Of a DNA stretch of 64,000 bases, positions 42,276 to 54,774 are shown in pieces. The stretch is from Chrysomallon squamiferum (lineage: Eukaryota; Animalia; Mollusca). The position numbers and the translations under genes are program-made. The notes beneath the pieces are model-generated. The model did not search any database. It had not been told where the DNA came from and was given only the letters and a program-made list of their open reading frames with translations. Position 1 is the first letter of the stretch. Each line of letters begins with the position of its first letter. The stretch spans positions 310,001 through 374,000 of the forward strand of contig CM022672.1 of assembly GCA_012295275.1 (NCBI GenBank), in the 5' to 3' direction.

Positions 42276-42687
42276 CACTCCCAAATATGTATTTTTGTTA
42301 TATTGTGCAAGCACGCAGACACTGGTTTTCAGACTTGTGTCAGTTTGTAATTTCTGTGACCGCTAAGTATAAAAACTGAAACGGAAGTTGCAACAAAAAA
42401 TATACGTAAGTTTACTTTGTATTCTTGTGCATTATGTGTACTACAATTCTTCAAAGGCGGGCTGGTGGAGATGTATTTTTTGACACATTCCTGAACGCCA
42501 TATTGTTTAAAATAAACGTCCCGACATTCTTCATACTTGTAAATTTTCGAATAGAACTTCCACGTCTTAGATAAGAATGTACGAAATGATGATAATTCAG
42601 TGGTAGAGGCGCCGCTTCTTTCTGAATTACCATATAAATATGCTACAACGGTGTCATTACACAAAACAATTTTTGTATTTTATTTTA

Positions 42688-42719
<32 letters not shown>

Positions 42720-42770
42720 CTGCGTCTTCTTGTTGTAATACCTGGCTCTAAGAGATGGTGTTCGCGACTG

Positions 42771-42900
42771 AATTGAAAGTTTTAACTAATATAATCATTT
42801 ATTAGAATAATTTTAAACAAGAACCATATTAGAAGTTAATTGAAAAGTTTAAACTAATATAATCATTTATTAGAATAATTTTAAACTAAGATAATTGAAA
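42771..42900. repeat. Direct tandem duplication of ~65 bp upstream of nanos
   Basis: AACTAATATAATCATTTATTAGAATAATTTTAAAC occurs at about 42784 and 42852. Confidence 0.85.
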
Positions 42901-43474
42901 AGGTGTGTTTTGAGGGAGGAGATTGTTGCTGCTTTTTGGTGTAAATCAGAGATGTGGAACCCGCGATATCGTGAGCAAGGAGGATACATCAAATAATTTT
43001 TATCATTTATTAATAGTTATTTTCGTAATTATTATTATTTATTTATTTTTAAGCAATAATTAATAATATAATACTTAAAGAGTTTGTGAAATGCATTTTG
43101 CTTCATCAAACAAGCATTTATTAAAAACATCTATGTGGATTATTTAAAGAGTTGATCGTAAATGTCACTTGTCAGAGTTTTTCGTGCTGCACAGGCTCAT
43201 ACAGCGGTATATTTCTGTCGCCTGTTGCTGAAACTAAGTCTAATATTTCAAAGGAAACTGAAGCGGGAAAAGGGGTTATGGAAAAATACTAAACATTGGC
43301 GGGGGGGGGGTGAGATTTTTTTAATAAGCCACGCCTTTTCGATTTGATTTGATCAATGAAAATTAATTTAGTTACGCATGCGCTAACAACGCTTATATTA
43401 ACTATTAGCAGTTCTGAGTTTTCCACATTGTTTTTAGTCAGTAACGGAAGATTTTTGCTTTTTAAGGAGTGGTC

Positions 43475-44146
43475 ATGGAGTACCGAAATAAAACCGATTA
43501 TTTTATGAAAAACATTACATCACTGACACAGTCCATTCATTATTGGCCCCAGGATTTAGATGTATTGTGTAGAGAACTAATTTCAGATAATTTCGAAAAA
43601 CGTTGCGGAACTGAAGACGACGTAACATTAACTTTGGGCCTGAAAAACATTACTTACGGCCAGTTTGATGACCAGCTGGAAGAACTACGCAATGATGCGT
43701 ACACCGACTTTAAAAAAAACGGAATAGAGGCGGAGTTGGATCACTTCGATATGATTCAAGCGAAAATCCGTGGACAAAATTTTAGAAACGTTATTCCGTA
43801 TGCGATTGAAAGGAAAAACGACAAAGTACTGGAATACATGGTTCAGAAGGAAAGAAAAAAGGGGAAACAAAAGATATGCGGGAAAGGAAGAAAGAAAGTT
43901 TGTGTCTTCTGCAAGAACAACGGAGAGCAGCCGTCGGTGTATTCCACTCACGTCCTCAAAGACGATGACGGAAAAGTAACGTGCCCAATTCTGCGCAGAT
44001 ACACCTGCCCGGTGTGCGGCGTGTCAGGCGATTACGCACATACCATCAAGTATTGCCCGCTGAACGACGGCGATTTCACTACCGCCATATTGCTCAAAAC
44101 TGCAAGACAGGCGACAGGCAAAAAAAGGAAAGTTTTCAAATGTTAA
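43475..44146 (+). CDS. nanos: Nanos homolog (intronless CDS, 223 aa from the first ATG)
   Basis: Single ORF with the diagnostic tandem CCHC zinc fingers CVFCKNNGE..YSTHVLKDDDGKVTCPILRRYTCPVCGVSGDYAHTIKYCP. First ATG at 43475 in a favourable context (GTCATGG); stop TAA ends at 44146. Confidence 0.97.
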   Translation: MEYRNKTDYFMKNITSLTQSIHYWPQDLDVLCRELISDNFEKRCGTEDDVTLTLGLKNITYGQFDDQLEELRNDAYTDFKKNGIEAELDHFDMIQAKIRGQNFRNVIPYAIERKNDKVLEYMVQKERKKGKQKICGKGRKKVCVFCKNNGEQPSVYSTHVLKDDDGKVTCPILRRYTCPVCGVSGDYAHTIKYCPLNDGDFTTAILLKTARQATGKKRKVFKC

Positions 44147-44210
44147 CTTTGAATCTGAAGAGACTTGTTTGATGAACTGCTTAAAAATAACGTTTGACTT
44201 GTAATGCTAA

Positions 44211-44258
<48 letters not shown>

Positions 44259-46674
44259 TTTTTATTTATTTATATTTTTCTCTTTCTTTTTCTTTTATTT
44301 AATTTTTTTTTTTTTTTTTTTTTTTTTTTTGTCTAATAACGAGTCTGAAATCAGTGGCCATTTTCCTCCCGAATAGAACTAAATTTTATTTAAAATTTTA
44401 AACATCGGATTTTAATAGATCTTCGCTGGTGCGTTTAACATGCATTTGTAAATATGAATCATATAGTGCAAAATTTACACTATTTATTGTACTGTATTGT
44501 AACATCAATTTTTAGTCCTTACAGTTTTATTATTTTATAGTTTTTAAAATATAATTTCAATTCGGGAAAGGTAATGTGCAGAATATTTCATGAAGTAAAA
44601 ATGTTTGGAGTAAACAGCTAGTTTATCTCTTTTGTACCAACGTTTACAATTAAATGGAAAGTGGATAGATGCCAGTGTTGATGATGGAATGCTGCGAGCA
44701 AAAAAAAATATTTTATTTTTCTTTTTTAATGTATTTATTTATTTTTTATTTTAACCTTTCAACTGCCTCTCGGGTCTTCAGCTAAAAGGTAGGCTTGAGT
44801 TATGCATATTGATAATAAATTCGTCACGGATCAGAATAACCGAAAGAAAGCAGCAAGTCATGAGTACTAGTTACAGAAATCGAGAAACTGACGAGTTTTA
44901 AAGCTGTAGCCAGAGACGCACGACCTCGCCCAACTTGTGCAAAGACGCTTTGACGTAACTGACCGATTATCATGAAAACTATTTACCAAATGCATTTACT
45001 TAAATTTCTTTATTTTGTTAGCAGTCCTATTTTGTATTTTGTTACTAGCAAGTTCTGATTAAAAGCAGTCTTTTAGATGATGCAAGGACTGGTAATAATC
45101 GAGGATAAAATGTAATAAAGATAATGTGTTCGTAAACGAGATGGCCATGACATCAGTATTTGATATTCAAAACACAGAAACATATATAGTAAATAATTAA
45201 GATATCTTAAGACAGCAGTTAATGATATTTCTTTTATCCTGCTATCCTTAATGATACAGTATTTTCTTTTTCTCTAACTGCGTATACATTTCGTTCTTTC
45301 CTAAGAAGATAACCAAAATAATTGTTATACCACAAATATTTATTTATAAATATAAAACGTTTTCAAAATTGTATTATCTAAATCGCCTATCGGTAGCCAG
45401 GTGAATGATTTGTTTTGCTATGCAAGAACTAGAGTCCAGCAAGTTACAACATAAGTTTTGATATTTTTAACATTTTTATATTTTTAAAGATAGTTTTTGT
45501 TAAAGAACAGTTATTTAAAACACTTACAGACGATATCAAGTGTCTTATTGATTTCGTCGTGTTATTATTTTATTTTATTGTAATTTTATTACTTTAATTT
45601 AATAGAAATAGAAATTCTGTTAGAAAATATATTCAGTCGCGCGTTCTTCATACAGTGCATTCATCTTCTTTCTTCTTTTCAAATGATTAGTGTATTTGCA
45701 TGTCCCATTTTCTGTAGAACACGTTTATACTGAATCCCCGTTTATTCGTACCAACTGTTTGTTGTTCGCTTTAGTAGTTAGGACCGTGCGTAAGTTGTTA
45801 GTTGCTTGCTGCGTATGCGGCCAAGTAGGATTTGCCAGGTGTCCGTGATTTTTATAAACAAACACTGTGATAAATGTTGTAACAGCCGATTTCCACGTGT
45901 GTCAGGCAAGATAGCAGTGTAACGACAGTGCAGACAGGGTTTTTGGGGGAATGGTGAATGCAAAGATAAAATTTAAATAAATTCAAGCTTCTAACTTACT
46001 GTAGCAAGATTATTTTTTGATAGTTATTATTATTTCTACTTATTTATTTATTATTAAAATTTCTGTGAAATCGACTCCTCTGTATATGTGTGCGCGTGTG
46101 ATTAATTAATTAATAAAAATTACAAAAACACTTGCTTTCGATTTCTGTTTATTGGCATTTCGTTTTAAGTTAATATTAAAATGTGTTATTGGTTTTCAAA
46201 TATTTTCTTAATTAATTCTTATTTCAGTTTGTTTAAATCAAGAGGTCACTCACTCTTGGCATGTTTATGAAAAAGCCCCCAGTTGCACGGTCAGATGTTT
46301 TGTTGTTGAGAAGAAATGAAAACAAACACTGGACGATTATTTCAGTGTAATTCATTTGTGATGTCGGACATTATCTGTGTTCCATCAATGTTATTTCCTC
46401 TCGGTTCCCGGATCATCCATCAGTAAAACTAGAGATAAATAACGAACATTGCCACTTTCACTGTACAATGTTAATTATTTACATCTTCAGATCGTCCAGT
46501 CTGTAAAGCAGTCACTAAAAATTAACAATGAACTTTACTACTTTATTTTACAGCATGAAGTACAGAAATCTTGTTAGTCTACTAAATATTCCAATACCTT
46601 ATTGTAGGTGATTATATGCGTGGGAATTAAAAAAATGATGATAATAAAATAATATATATATATATATTTTTAGA

Positions 46675-47176
46675 TTAAACCTAATTATTTGTTTTTATTA
46701 ATTATGTTAATCGTTTATACTCGATATCGTATTTATTATTATTATCATTATTACCTTTTTTTAAAAAAATTCTCGGATTTAGAAAATACGATAATTTCAT
46801 AATGATTTAAACATATTTTTGACGAATTTGCCAAAATAATTAAAGAACAAGAAAATAATAATAAAAACTTGACGATCATTTACAAAAACCGTAACTAAAT
46901 AACTTTCCTTACGTAATAATCAAAACTTAAGAGCAAAATATGATATAATTACATAAAACCACTTCACAAATAAAAATAAAACGAAGATAAAAATACTTTG
47001 AATTTGCCTTTTGGAGAAGAGAATCCGTAACTGACACTTTTTAAAACTAAATTAAACCTAATTTTTGATTTGTTTAAAGAATGCGTTAATGTTATACTCG
47101 ATATTTTATATTATTACCATTTCTAATTTTTAATGTATTATATTTCTTTTATTAAATGCTCTTTCTTATTTCTTCT

Positions 47177-47208
<32 letters not shown>

Positions 47209-47790
47209 CGATGATTACATTTACCTCGGATTTAAAAAATACGATGTGATATTTCATAATTCCAAAATGATGTAAACATATTTCTGGACGAATTAAAAAA
47301 AAAAAAAAAAAAAATCATAATAATAATAATAAAAAAAATAATAATATAAAATTAATAATAATAATAACTTTAAAACAACTCAATAAATTTTAAAAAAAAA
47401 AGGTTTATTACTGGATTTTAATATTATTTTTAAACACTATTCCATAACTAAATAACATTTCTTAAACACATTATAATTAAAACTTAGGAGCAAGATATTA
47501 TAACAAATACATCATGGAAAAAAAAAAAGTGCTGTGAATTTGCATTTTGGCGGATAGAACCTGTTAACTGACACTTTTAGAACTAAATTAAACCTAATTA
47601 TATGTTTGTATAAAGTAAAGTTTTAATAATACGTGAATCGTTTATACTCGATATACTATTTTATTATAATAATAATTATTGTTATTACTTTTTTATATTA
47701 ATATTTAATTATATTATATTATACTTATTATATCAATATATATTTTTTTTAGAATTTTTTTTAGGGAATCTGTTACTGACAATTTTTGAA
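46675..47790. repeat. Old tandem duplication, about 2.5-3 copies of a 375-540 bp unit
   Basis: Ordered landmarks repeat (TAAACCTAATT..TATACTCGATAT..CTCGGATTTA..AATACGAT..GACGAATT..TAACTAAATAAC..AAAACTTA.GAGCAA..TGAATTTGC.TTTTGG..AACTGACACTTTT) in units starting at about 46676, 47052 and 47589 (partial). Confidence 0.8.
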
Positions 47791-48847
47791 AATTCTTCTC
47801 GAAGCAATAAGCGAGTGATCGCGAAGACAAAAATAACATTTGTCCCTTGTTTAACAATCAAACGTCAGTGACCGCCTGTACTTAGAGGTCAAACGAAATG
47901 ACGCAAGCCATAAAGTTGAAGTCTCTAACCGACACATCTGTTAAATAGGTTACTTAGTACTCGTTTCATCTGAAAGTATTTTTCTCACTTAATAAATTAT
48001 GATAAAATTTTTAGAAAATACATTTTAAATAATTATTTAGTTTGTTATTTTGTAACGTTCGTCGAAAATGGATAGATTAAAAGAAGATTTTTATTGCTAA
48101 TATTTGTCAGATTATAATAAAATATCTCCCCCCACCAGAATAAATAAATGCATATTTGAAAACAAGCCAAATTATCCTTAGAATTAATAATCTATTATTA
48201 TAATATAATCTATTTGTTAAAATATTTATTTGCCAACAAAACTAATTTATTAACTGTTATTTTGTTATTTAGTTTTATTTTATAACTGATTTTAAGGCGT
48301 GTACTTAGATTACGGCCATGTTTTACGTTCAGTGGTGTCGTCCTGGTTAATTCTATCTTCTGTTCGGTGGGGGTGGATGCGTTTTAAATCAAATCGCATC
48401 TATAGTCAGATAAAAATTATATAATAAAATAAATGAACACAAAAAATATTGCATTATAGGTTTTTGCAAACAATATCAAAGGTTTTATTTATTTATTTAT
48501 TTATTCATTTATTTTCAAATACATCTATTAATGGTTGACGTATGTTTCGGGACGAAGCAGATTGCGAAAGTCGGCAGTTAAGCTTCACTGTGAGATTCAC
48601 AAGCAATGCTTTTGATTCGACAAATGTATCGGTAAGAAAACAAAGCTTATTTTTATTAACTGGTAAATTAAAAATTAAAACACGTTCATTAATTTATTTA
48701 TGTATTTATCGCAAACGGATCAGTTAATAGTATTTTCAAACATTATTTTATATTTATCTACATATTCGATATTTTTAATGCCCACTCTGTGCGGAATGAA
48801 ACAAAAATGTAACTCGATGTTATAAGAAAATACTAGAAGTATTTATT

Positions 48848-48878
<31 letters not shown>

Positions 48879-49221
48879 ATGTGTTGATGGTTTATTATTT
48901 TATTTATTATTATTATTTTTTAATGTTATTGGTTATAATTTAAGTTAAAAATTTTATGCACCTTTTTAATAATTTGAATAATTTATCAGAAATATTAGAA
49001 AATTCATTACGCTTTGATTATAATTCAGTTTAAAAAAAAAATAGGTATAGCTTATCGAGGTTGTCATTCCATATACAGTTAACAAATCAGTACCACCTCA
49101 GTGAAGAGTTTGTGTTAAGTGAGAAGTCACCTGATGATATCACTATATGACTCGTTTTATTTTTCACATTCTGTTTTAAACATCAACTCAAATGTTAACT
49201 TTTTTATGTAAAGGTAAAAAT

Positions 49222-50650
49222 ATGGTTCTCTGCAAAAAAGTGACTGAACTACTTTGTAACAAGTTTGTTGTCATTACAGGAGATTCAGATAAGAACTTAA
49301 AATATATATTATTAGAATTTCAAATAATTTATTTTCTTTGCTGCATCTTGAGAATAAAAAATAACATAATTTAATATTTATATAAAATTGCATTTTAATT
49401 ACATTTATTTTATCTTTACATATTTTAACACTGGAGATGGGATAGCAGAGAACCAAACTACAGTAGCAATATTTTTTCCTATTCTAATTTTGCTTAAACT
49501 TTAATGATTTTGTATTGATAACAGATAAATTTGTTTTACACAATTTTAAAAAATGTGCATTCAGACTGAGTCGTTAATGGTATTTACAGACAAGCATTAA
49601 TGAAATTATGATATATTTAAAGATATTTTAAAACATTTTGTTTTTGTTTTATAGTTTAAACAGGTATTTACAAAGATCTTGTTTTAATTCTGCAGATTGT
49701 TATCTAATAATGGTCATGTATAACAATGCCTAATAATGACCATGTATAACAGTCCCTGACAATAATAAGTTACAATAATCCCTAATAATAACATGTAATA
49801 ATAAATAACTGTAGATATCACAAAGCTATTCCTAAAAAATGATAATGTATAACAATCTTTAATAATAATCACATGTAATATTCCCTAATTATAATCATAT
49901 ATAGCAATCCCAAATAACAATCATACATGTATATCAATCCCTACTGATAATCATATATAACTTTTCTTAATAATGATCATACTTAACAATACATAGACAA
50001 TAATAATCCTTAAATATAATCATACATAACAATTTTTAACTGGGATTTATAAGTCTGGAACTGACTGAAAAGGGAGAATAAATTAATTATTTGTAAAACA
50101 CAAAATAGTGAGTAGCCAGACAAGCTGAAAAATAAATCAACTGGTGTCCAGATCTCCTTAATTTCATCCACAGGTTTTTATTGTTTTGTTTTTTTTTTCA
50201 TTCTTTTACAACTGAATTATCTCTATAATATCAACACATTAAACTGTAATTAGAGAATGGCTGATTTTGGGAGATTATATTCATTTATTATTTTATTTTA
50301 TTTTTTGTTTTATGGTGAGTTTTGTTTTGAGACTGATGAAGTGATTGAAGGAGGTAGAAAGAGTCTTCCAGAGCAGTGTATTGTGATTTGGAACACAACT
50401 TTGCCCATATCAAAGAATGTGGATTCCTTATTCCAGAGATAGCCTTCATAAACAGTACTCCCAAGCAGCAGTAGAGTCTGGCTGTGATGTACTGGATCTT
50501 TACTACTTACGACAGTATCTTTCCCATCGCATGAATGACAGTGTTCACTGGGACACACTGGCTCACAGAGTTATAACCAGTATTCTTCTGTCACACATGC
50601 CTGCGGTGCTGAACCACTTGGTTGTGATGACCAAACTTTCAGTGAAATGA
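49222..50650 (+). pseudogene. PCED1: PC-esterase domain-containing protein 1 (PCED1/FAM113-like, SGNH fold) pseudogene
   Basis: Collinear fragments: ELLCNKFVVITGDS (about 49245-49287, followed by ATAAG where a GT donor would be expected); V*TGIYKDLVLILQ (49655-49695, in-frame TAA); GEFCFETDEVIEGGRK joined directly to SLPEQCIVIWNTTLP (internal deletion); then, after a frameshift, CDVLDLYY..RMNDSVHWDTLAHRVITSILLSH. These parallel the PCED1 motifs LLHNKFVVILGDS / YKDLVLLLQ / DVLDLH / DGVHWD..AHR as I recall them. Confidence 0.85.
49700..50040. repeat. Degenerate ~26-bp tandem repeat (AATAATGACCATGTATAACAATCCCT) inside the PCED1 pseudogene
   Basis: Begins immediately after the second pseudo-exon fragment; about 12 copies. 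Confidence 0.75.
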
Positions 50651-51811
50651 GAAGTCTGAGATTTGAGTTTAAAGTGGACAGAGACTACATATATAATGAT
50701 TTACAAACTGCCTTCAATACTGTACACATGGTCAGCAGTGATGTGTCTGATGGTGCCTGTTACAAGCAGGAGGATTCATTGTGGGGCAGGATCTGTCATG
50801 TAGAATGTAGAAAACATTGTGCATCTAGAACAGACAACTCTGATCAAGATATTGTCCTTACTAGACAATATAGACACAGTAGAGATACAAAACAAAATAA
50901 ATTTTACATAAAATAGTCAGATAGTCCTTGAAGAGATATAAAACAAAATACACTTTACATAACTAAGCAGTGAGATGGTTTTACAGAGATAAGAACATTC
51001 CTGATACAATTTACACTGATATAGGTTATTTCAGGCTTTTATAATAACTTACACATATGAGATATATCTTAATGGTCTATACAGGTATACTTGAACAAAA
51101 CAGAACTCAAATAAATATTGTCCAAACTTTTTAACTGCATGCTTCAATATGAAAAATACTTTTATATTTTCTTTTGTTTTGTTTAAACATTGTATATAAA
51201 CATCAGATTTGTTTCAGTTTATTACCTAGAACATGGCCAACAAATGATTTAACACAACAGCAGATTCCAGATGAAAAATATTTTATTCATTTAAACATAT
51301 TATTTTGAAAAGAAATAAAAACCGAAATTTGAAACCTTTAGTTTGGTTATTAATTTTGTGTATTTTATGCTTATCACAAATCATTTTTTTATTTAACATG
51401 TTTTGGTAAATCTAAAATCTTGTATACTTTGATGTATAAAACACTACATTTCTAAGTGCATTCAGTTCATCATTATACTATTAAAATTACAATAATTATG
51501 ATTCAACATTCTGTGGTATATGTAACAATAAATTTAAAACTTTTTAAGCACACATTTTTCATTTCAATAGTATTCGCTGTCATTATAAAATAAGAGAAAA
51601 TGTTTCATTAAAAATAAAGCAAGATTAAAAAAAAAAAAAGAAGTTTATTTTAGTATTACTTAATAAATTAAAAAGAAAATGGTTTTTAAAATTGTCTGAG
51701 CTGTACTGTTAGAGCTATTCTGTTAGATATATCTATTTTCAAATATAAAAACAGGTTTACAAAGGAGATGCTTAAAAGCAAAGAAGGTTATTTTTGTAAA
51801 TAGAGTATAAT

Positions 51812-52385
51812 TTATGTCTGGTTGAAGGAGAGTGGATGCAACTCAGTGTAGACTGATAAGTGTTATGTCTGGTTCGAGGAGAGTGGATGCAACTCAGTGT
51901 AGACTGACAAGTGTTATGTCTGGTTCAAGGAGAGTGGATGCAAATCAGTGTAGACTGATAAGTGTTATGTCTGAAGGAGAGTGGATGCAACTAGGTGTAG
52001 ACTGATCAGTGTTATGTCTGGTTGAAAGAGTGGATGCAACTAGGTCTAGACTGATAAGTGTTATGTCTGGTTGAAAGAGTGGATGCAACTCGGTGTAGAC
52101 TGAAAAGTGTTATATCTGGATGAAAGAGTGGATGTAACTCAGTGTAGACTGATAAGTGTTATATCTGGTTGAAAGAGTGGATGTAACTCAGTGTAGACTG
52201 AAAAGTGTTATATCTGGATGAAAGAGTGGATGTAACTCAGTGTAGACTGATAAGTGTTATATCTGGTTGAAAGAGTGGATGTAACTCAGTGTAGACTGAT
52301 AAGTGTTATGTCTGGATGAAAGAGTGGATGTAACTCAGTGTAGACTGATAAGTGTTATCTGGTTGAAGGAGAGTGGATGCAACTT
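51812..52385. repeat. 49-51-bp minisatellite (TTATGTCTGGTTGAAGGAGAGTGGATGCAACTCAGTGTAGACTGATAAGTG), ~11.5 copies
   Basis: Directly visible, highly homogeneous array with no unique spacers. Confidence 0.95.
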
Positions 52386-52527
52386 CGTGATAGGTGCCAA
52401 AACAAGAATAACTTGACATATTTTATGAAATTTTTATACCAAATATGATAAAAGTATGCTGAAAGCCAAATTGGAAAATTAATTTCTTACCAAGAATCTG
52501 AATGTAAGATTTGTATGAATATCACAG

Positions 52528-52558
<31 letters not shown>

Positions 52559-53479
52559 AACATCAACAAGAAATAAAAAATTAAATGAAATCAGCAACGA
52601 CTGTTGTAACATTAATGTAATATCTATGTTTTCTGATTCTAGAATTACTGAAAACTTATGTAAATTTTATTTCAAATTTAGGTCTAAATATTTTGTAAAC
52701 ATTTTGTTTGTTTAAAGCACAACCACTGATATTCTTCGTTGTCACTGAACTCTCGTACAATTTGATATAAAACGCTGTTGTTATTTTTGTACACAAAATA
52801 CGTTAAAAATTACATTTTCTACTTCACCACTGCTACAAAACATCATTTACTTCAAAATTCATTTTATTATTGCTAACTGAATTTAAGCTGACGATGTATT
52901 TTTACAGTGCAGTACATCGAGTAAAAAATAGAAATAAAAGTCTTATGATTTCTGCATATTCATTTTAATCATTTTATTTTATTATGTTATTTTAATCAAA
53001 TTATTTTATTTTATTATGTTAATGATGATTATTCTTTATTTAGATATTATCCCCTTCTGGTTATGCATTAGAAGTGTGAAAATAAAAGAAGAAAGCAAGA
53101 ATTGTATGATATTTAGGAGATAAACCAAACCTACTCCGAGACTGAATTTATTTTTTTTACTTTAAATGGATTTAATCAGTAAACGGATTTATAACAGAGC
53201 GCATTATTTATTACTTTATAATATTCATTTACACAAATTATGATAAATATTTCACAGGTACGAAACAGTTTGGATAAAGATGTCTGTGTGAAAATCTCTT
53301 CTGCTGATAAACGACTTCAGACTTGAATATTATAAATGTATTTTACTAACAAACTCTACCCCTATGCTCCTTTCAACTTTTAATTATTATTATTTTTAAT
53401 TATTTATGATATTTTCAACATATTTTAGTTATTAGATCCAATATTTAATAATAATAATCATCATCGTCATCTTTCTACA

Positions 53480-53880
53480 TTTTTATCATCGTCTTTGTCG
53501 AAAAATTCTATTTATAGCTCCAATAGCGTACCTGTCCCATCGTGCACTGCGCCTTAATGTCTGTTCTTTCAAAATCTATTTATAGTTCAGTAGGTTCATA
53601 TATTTTCAACATTGCTGGTTACTCCTTGATATTTAGGTGTGGAAACCAAGAAAATCTTATTTATTCTGTAAGTATGCTATTTTTTTTTATCTGCCAAAGT
53701 CTGTTTTCTGTCGTAAAGGCTATTTTGTAGTCTCTCACAACTGTCCAAATCATAGAAATTGTATTTTTTTCTGCTAGAAATCAACCATCGGCCTAATCTG
53801 CCTCCCGAAAAACATGAATGGATTCCAACGAAACAGAAACAAAACATATATTATCCCACCCGTACCTCCCTTAGATTCCA
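53480..53880 (+). promoter_or_regulatory. Candidate promoter/non-coding first exon for the gene whose coding exon starts at 54996
   Basis: CpG-retaining patch (about 52700-54000) with a consensus GTAAGT donor at 53668-53673, 1.3 kb upstream of the acceptor at 54977-54978. Confidence 0.35.
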
Positions 53881-54609
53881 TAATAATAATAAATATTATT
53901 AATATGCAGTCAAAAGGAGGTGCAATGTATACGAATAATAATTTAGTTCCAAAATAATCTATTAAAAATCTTACTTAGAAGAAAATGAGCGCAGATCAAA
54001 CGTTAATATACATAATACTAGGAATAGGATATTAAGTTCAATGAATATTATTAAAAAAAAATAATAATAATAAAAAAATTAATAATAATAATAATAATAA
54101 TAGTAATAATAATAATTTTAAATAAAGAAGAAAACAAATAAAAAAAGAAAACATTAATTATTTTAATCAATCAGTTGTTGATTCCCCCCCATTATTTAAT
54201 GGAAATAGTATTTTATTATTTGAATTGCTATTTATTAAACATAGTATTCCACTTAAATTTATATTTTAAAAATTTAATGAATAAAACACCAGTACAATAA
54301 AATGATGTGTTGGTAGGTCAGCATTATATGACCAACCAACACAGCATTTTATTAAAAATAAGATAAATCCAACACCATTGTAAACTGAATCACATTAGTC
54401 ACAAATAAAAAAGATGCTGTCTGTCTCTCTCTCACACACACAGACACTCATAAACATAAACATACCAACACACAAAGACACCAACACTCATGCACATACA
54501 GAGAGAGACAAATTGTAACTGAAGGGACATTTATTTAAAAAATATTTATATGTATTTAAATTTGAATTTGTAGTATTGTTTATATGTGTGTAATGTTAAA
54601 TATTGTTAA

Positions 54610-54737
54610 ATTTCAGTTTAATCTATAGTTTGATTTATTATAATTATATATATATTTCTTTCAGGTGTGTAGTATAATTTGATATATATAATTATGTATA
54701 TATTTAATTCACATGTGTAGTATAGTTTGATATATTG

Positions 54738-54774
<37 letters not shown>

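Noticed and set aside
43685-44172. Alternative-frame and antisense ORFs over nanos
   Set aside because: They are shadows of the nanos CDS with no independent features.
44420-44436. Possible Smaug recognition element (CTGGT loop) in the nanos 3' region
   Set aside because: The flanking stem is only 2-3 bp, too weak to call.
51812-52385. Regular ~50-bp array (and the 40-bp array at 61120-61665) as a CRISPR or RNA-gene cluster
   Set aside because: Units are contiguous and near-identical, with no unique spacers and no tRNA or snRNA features.
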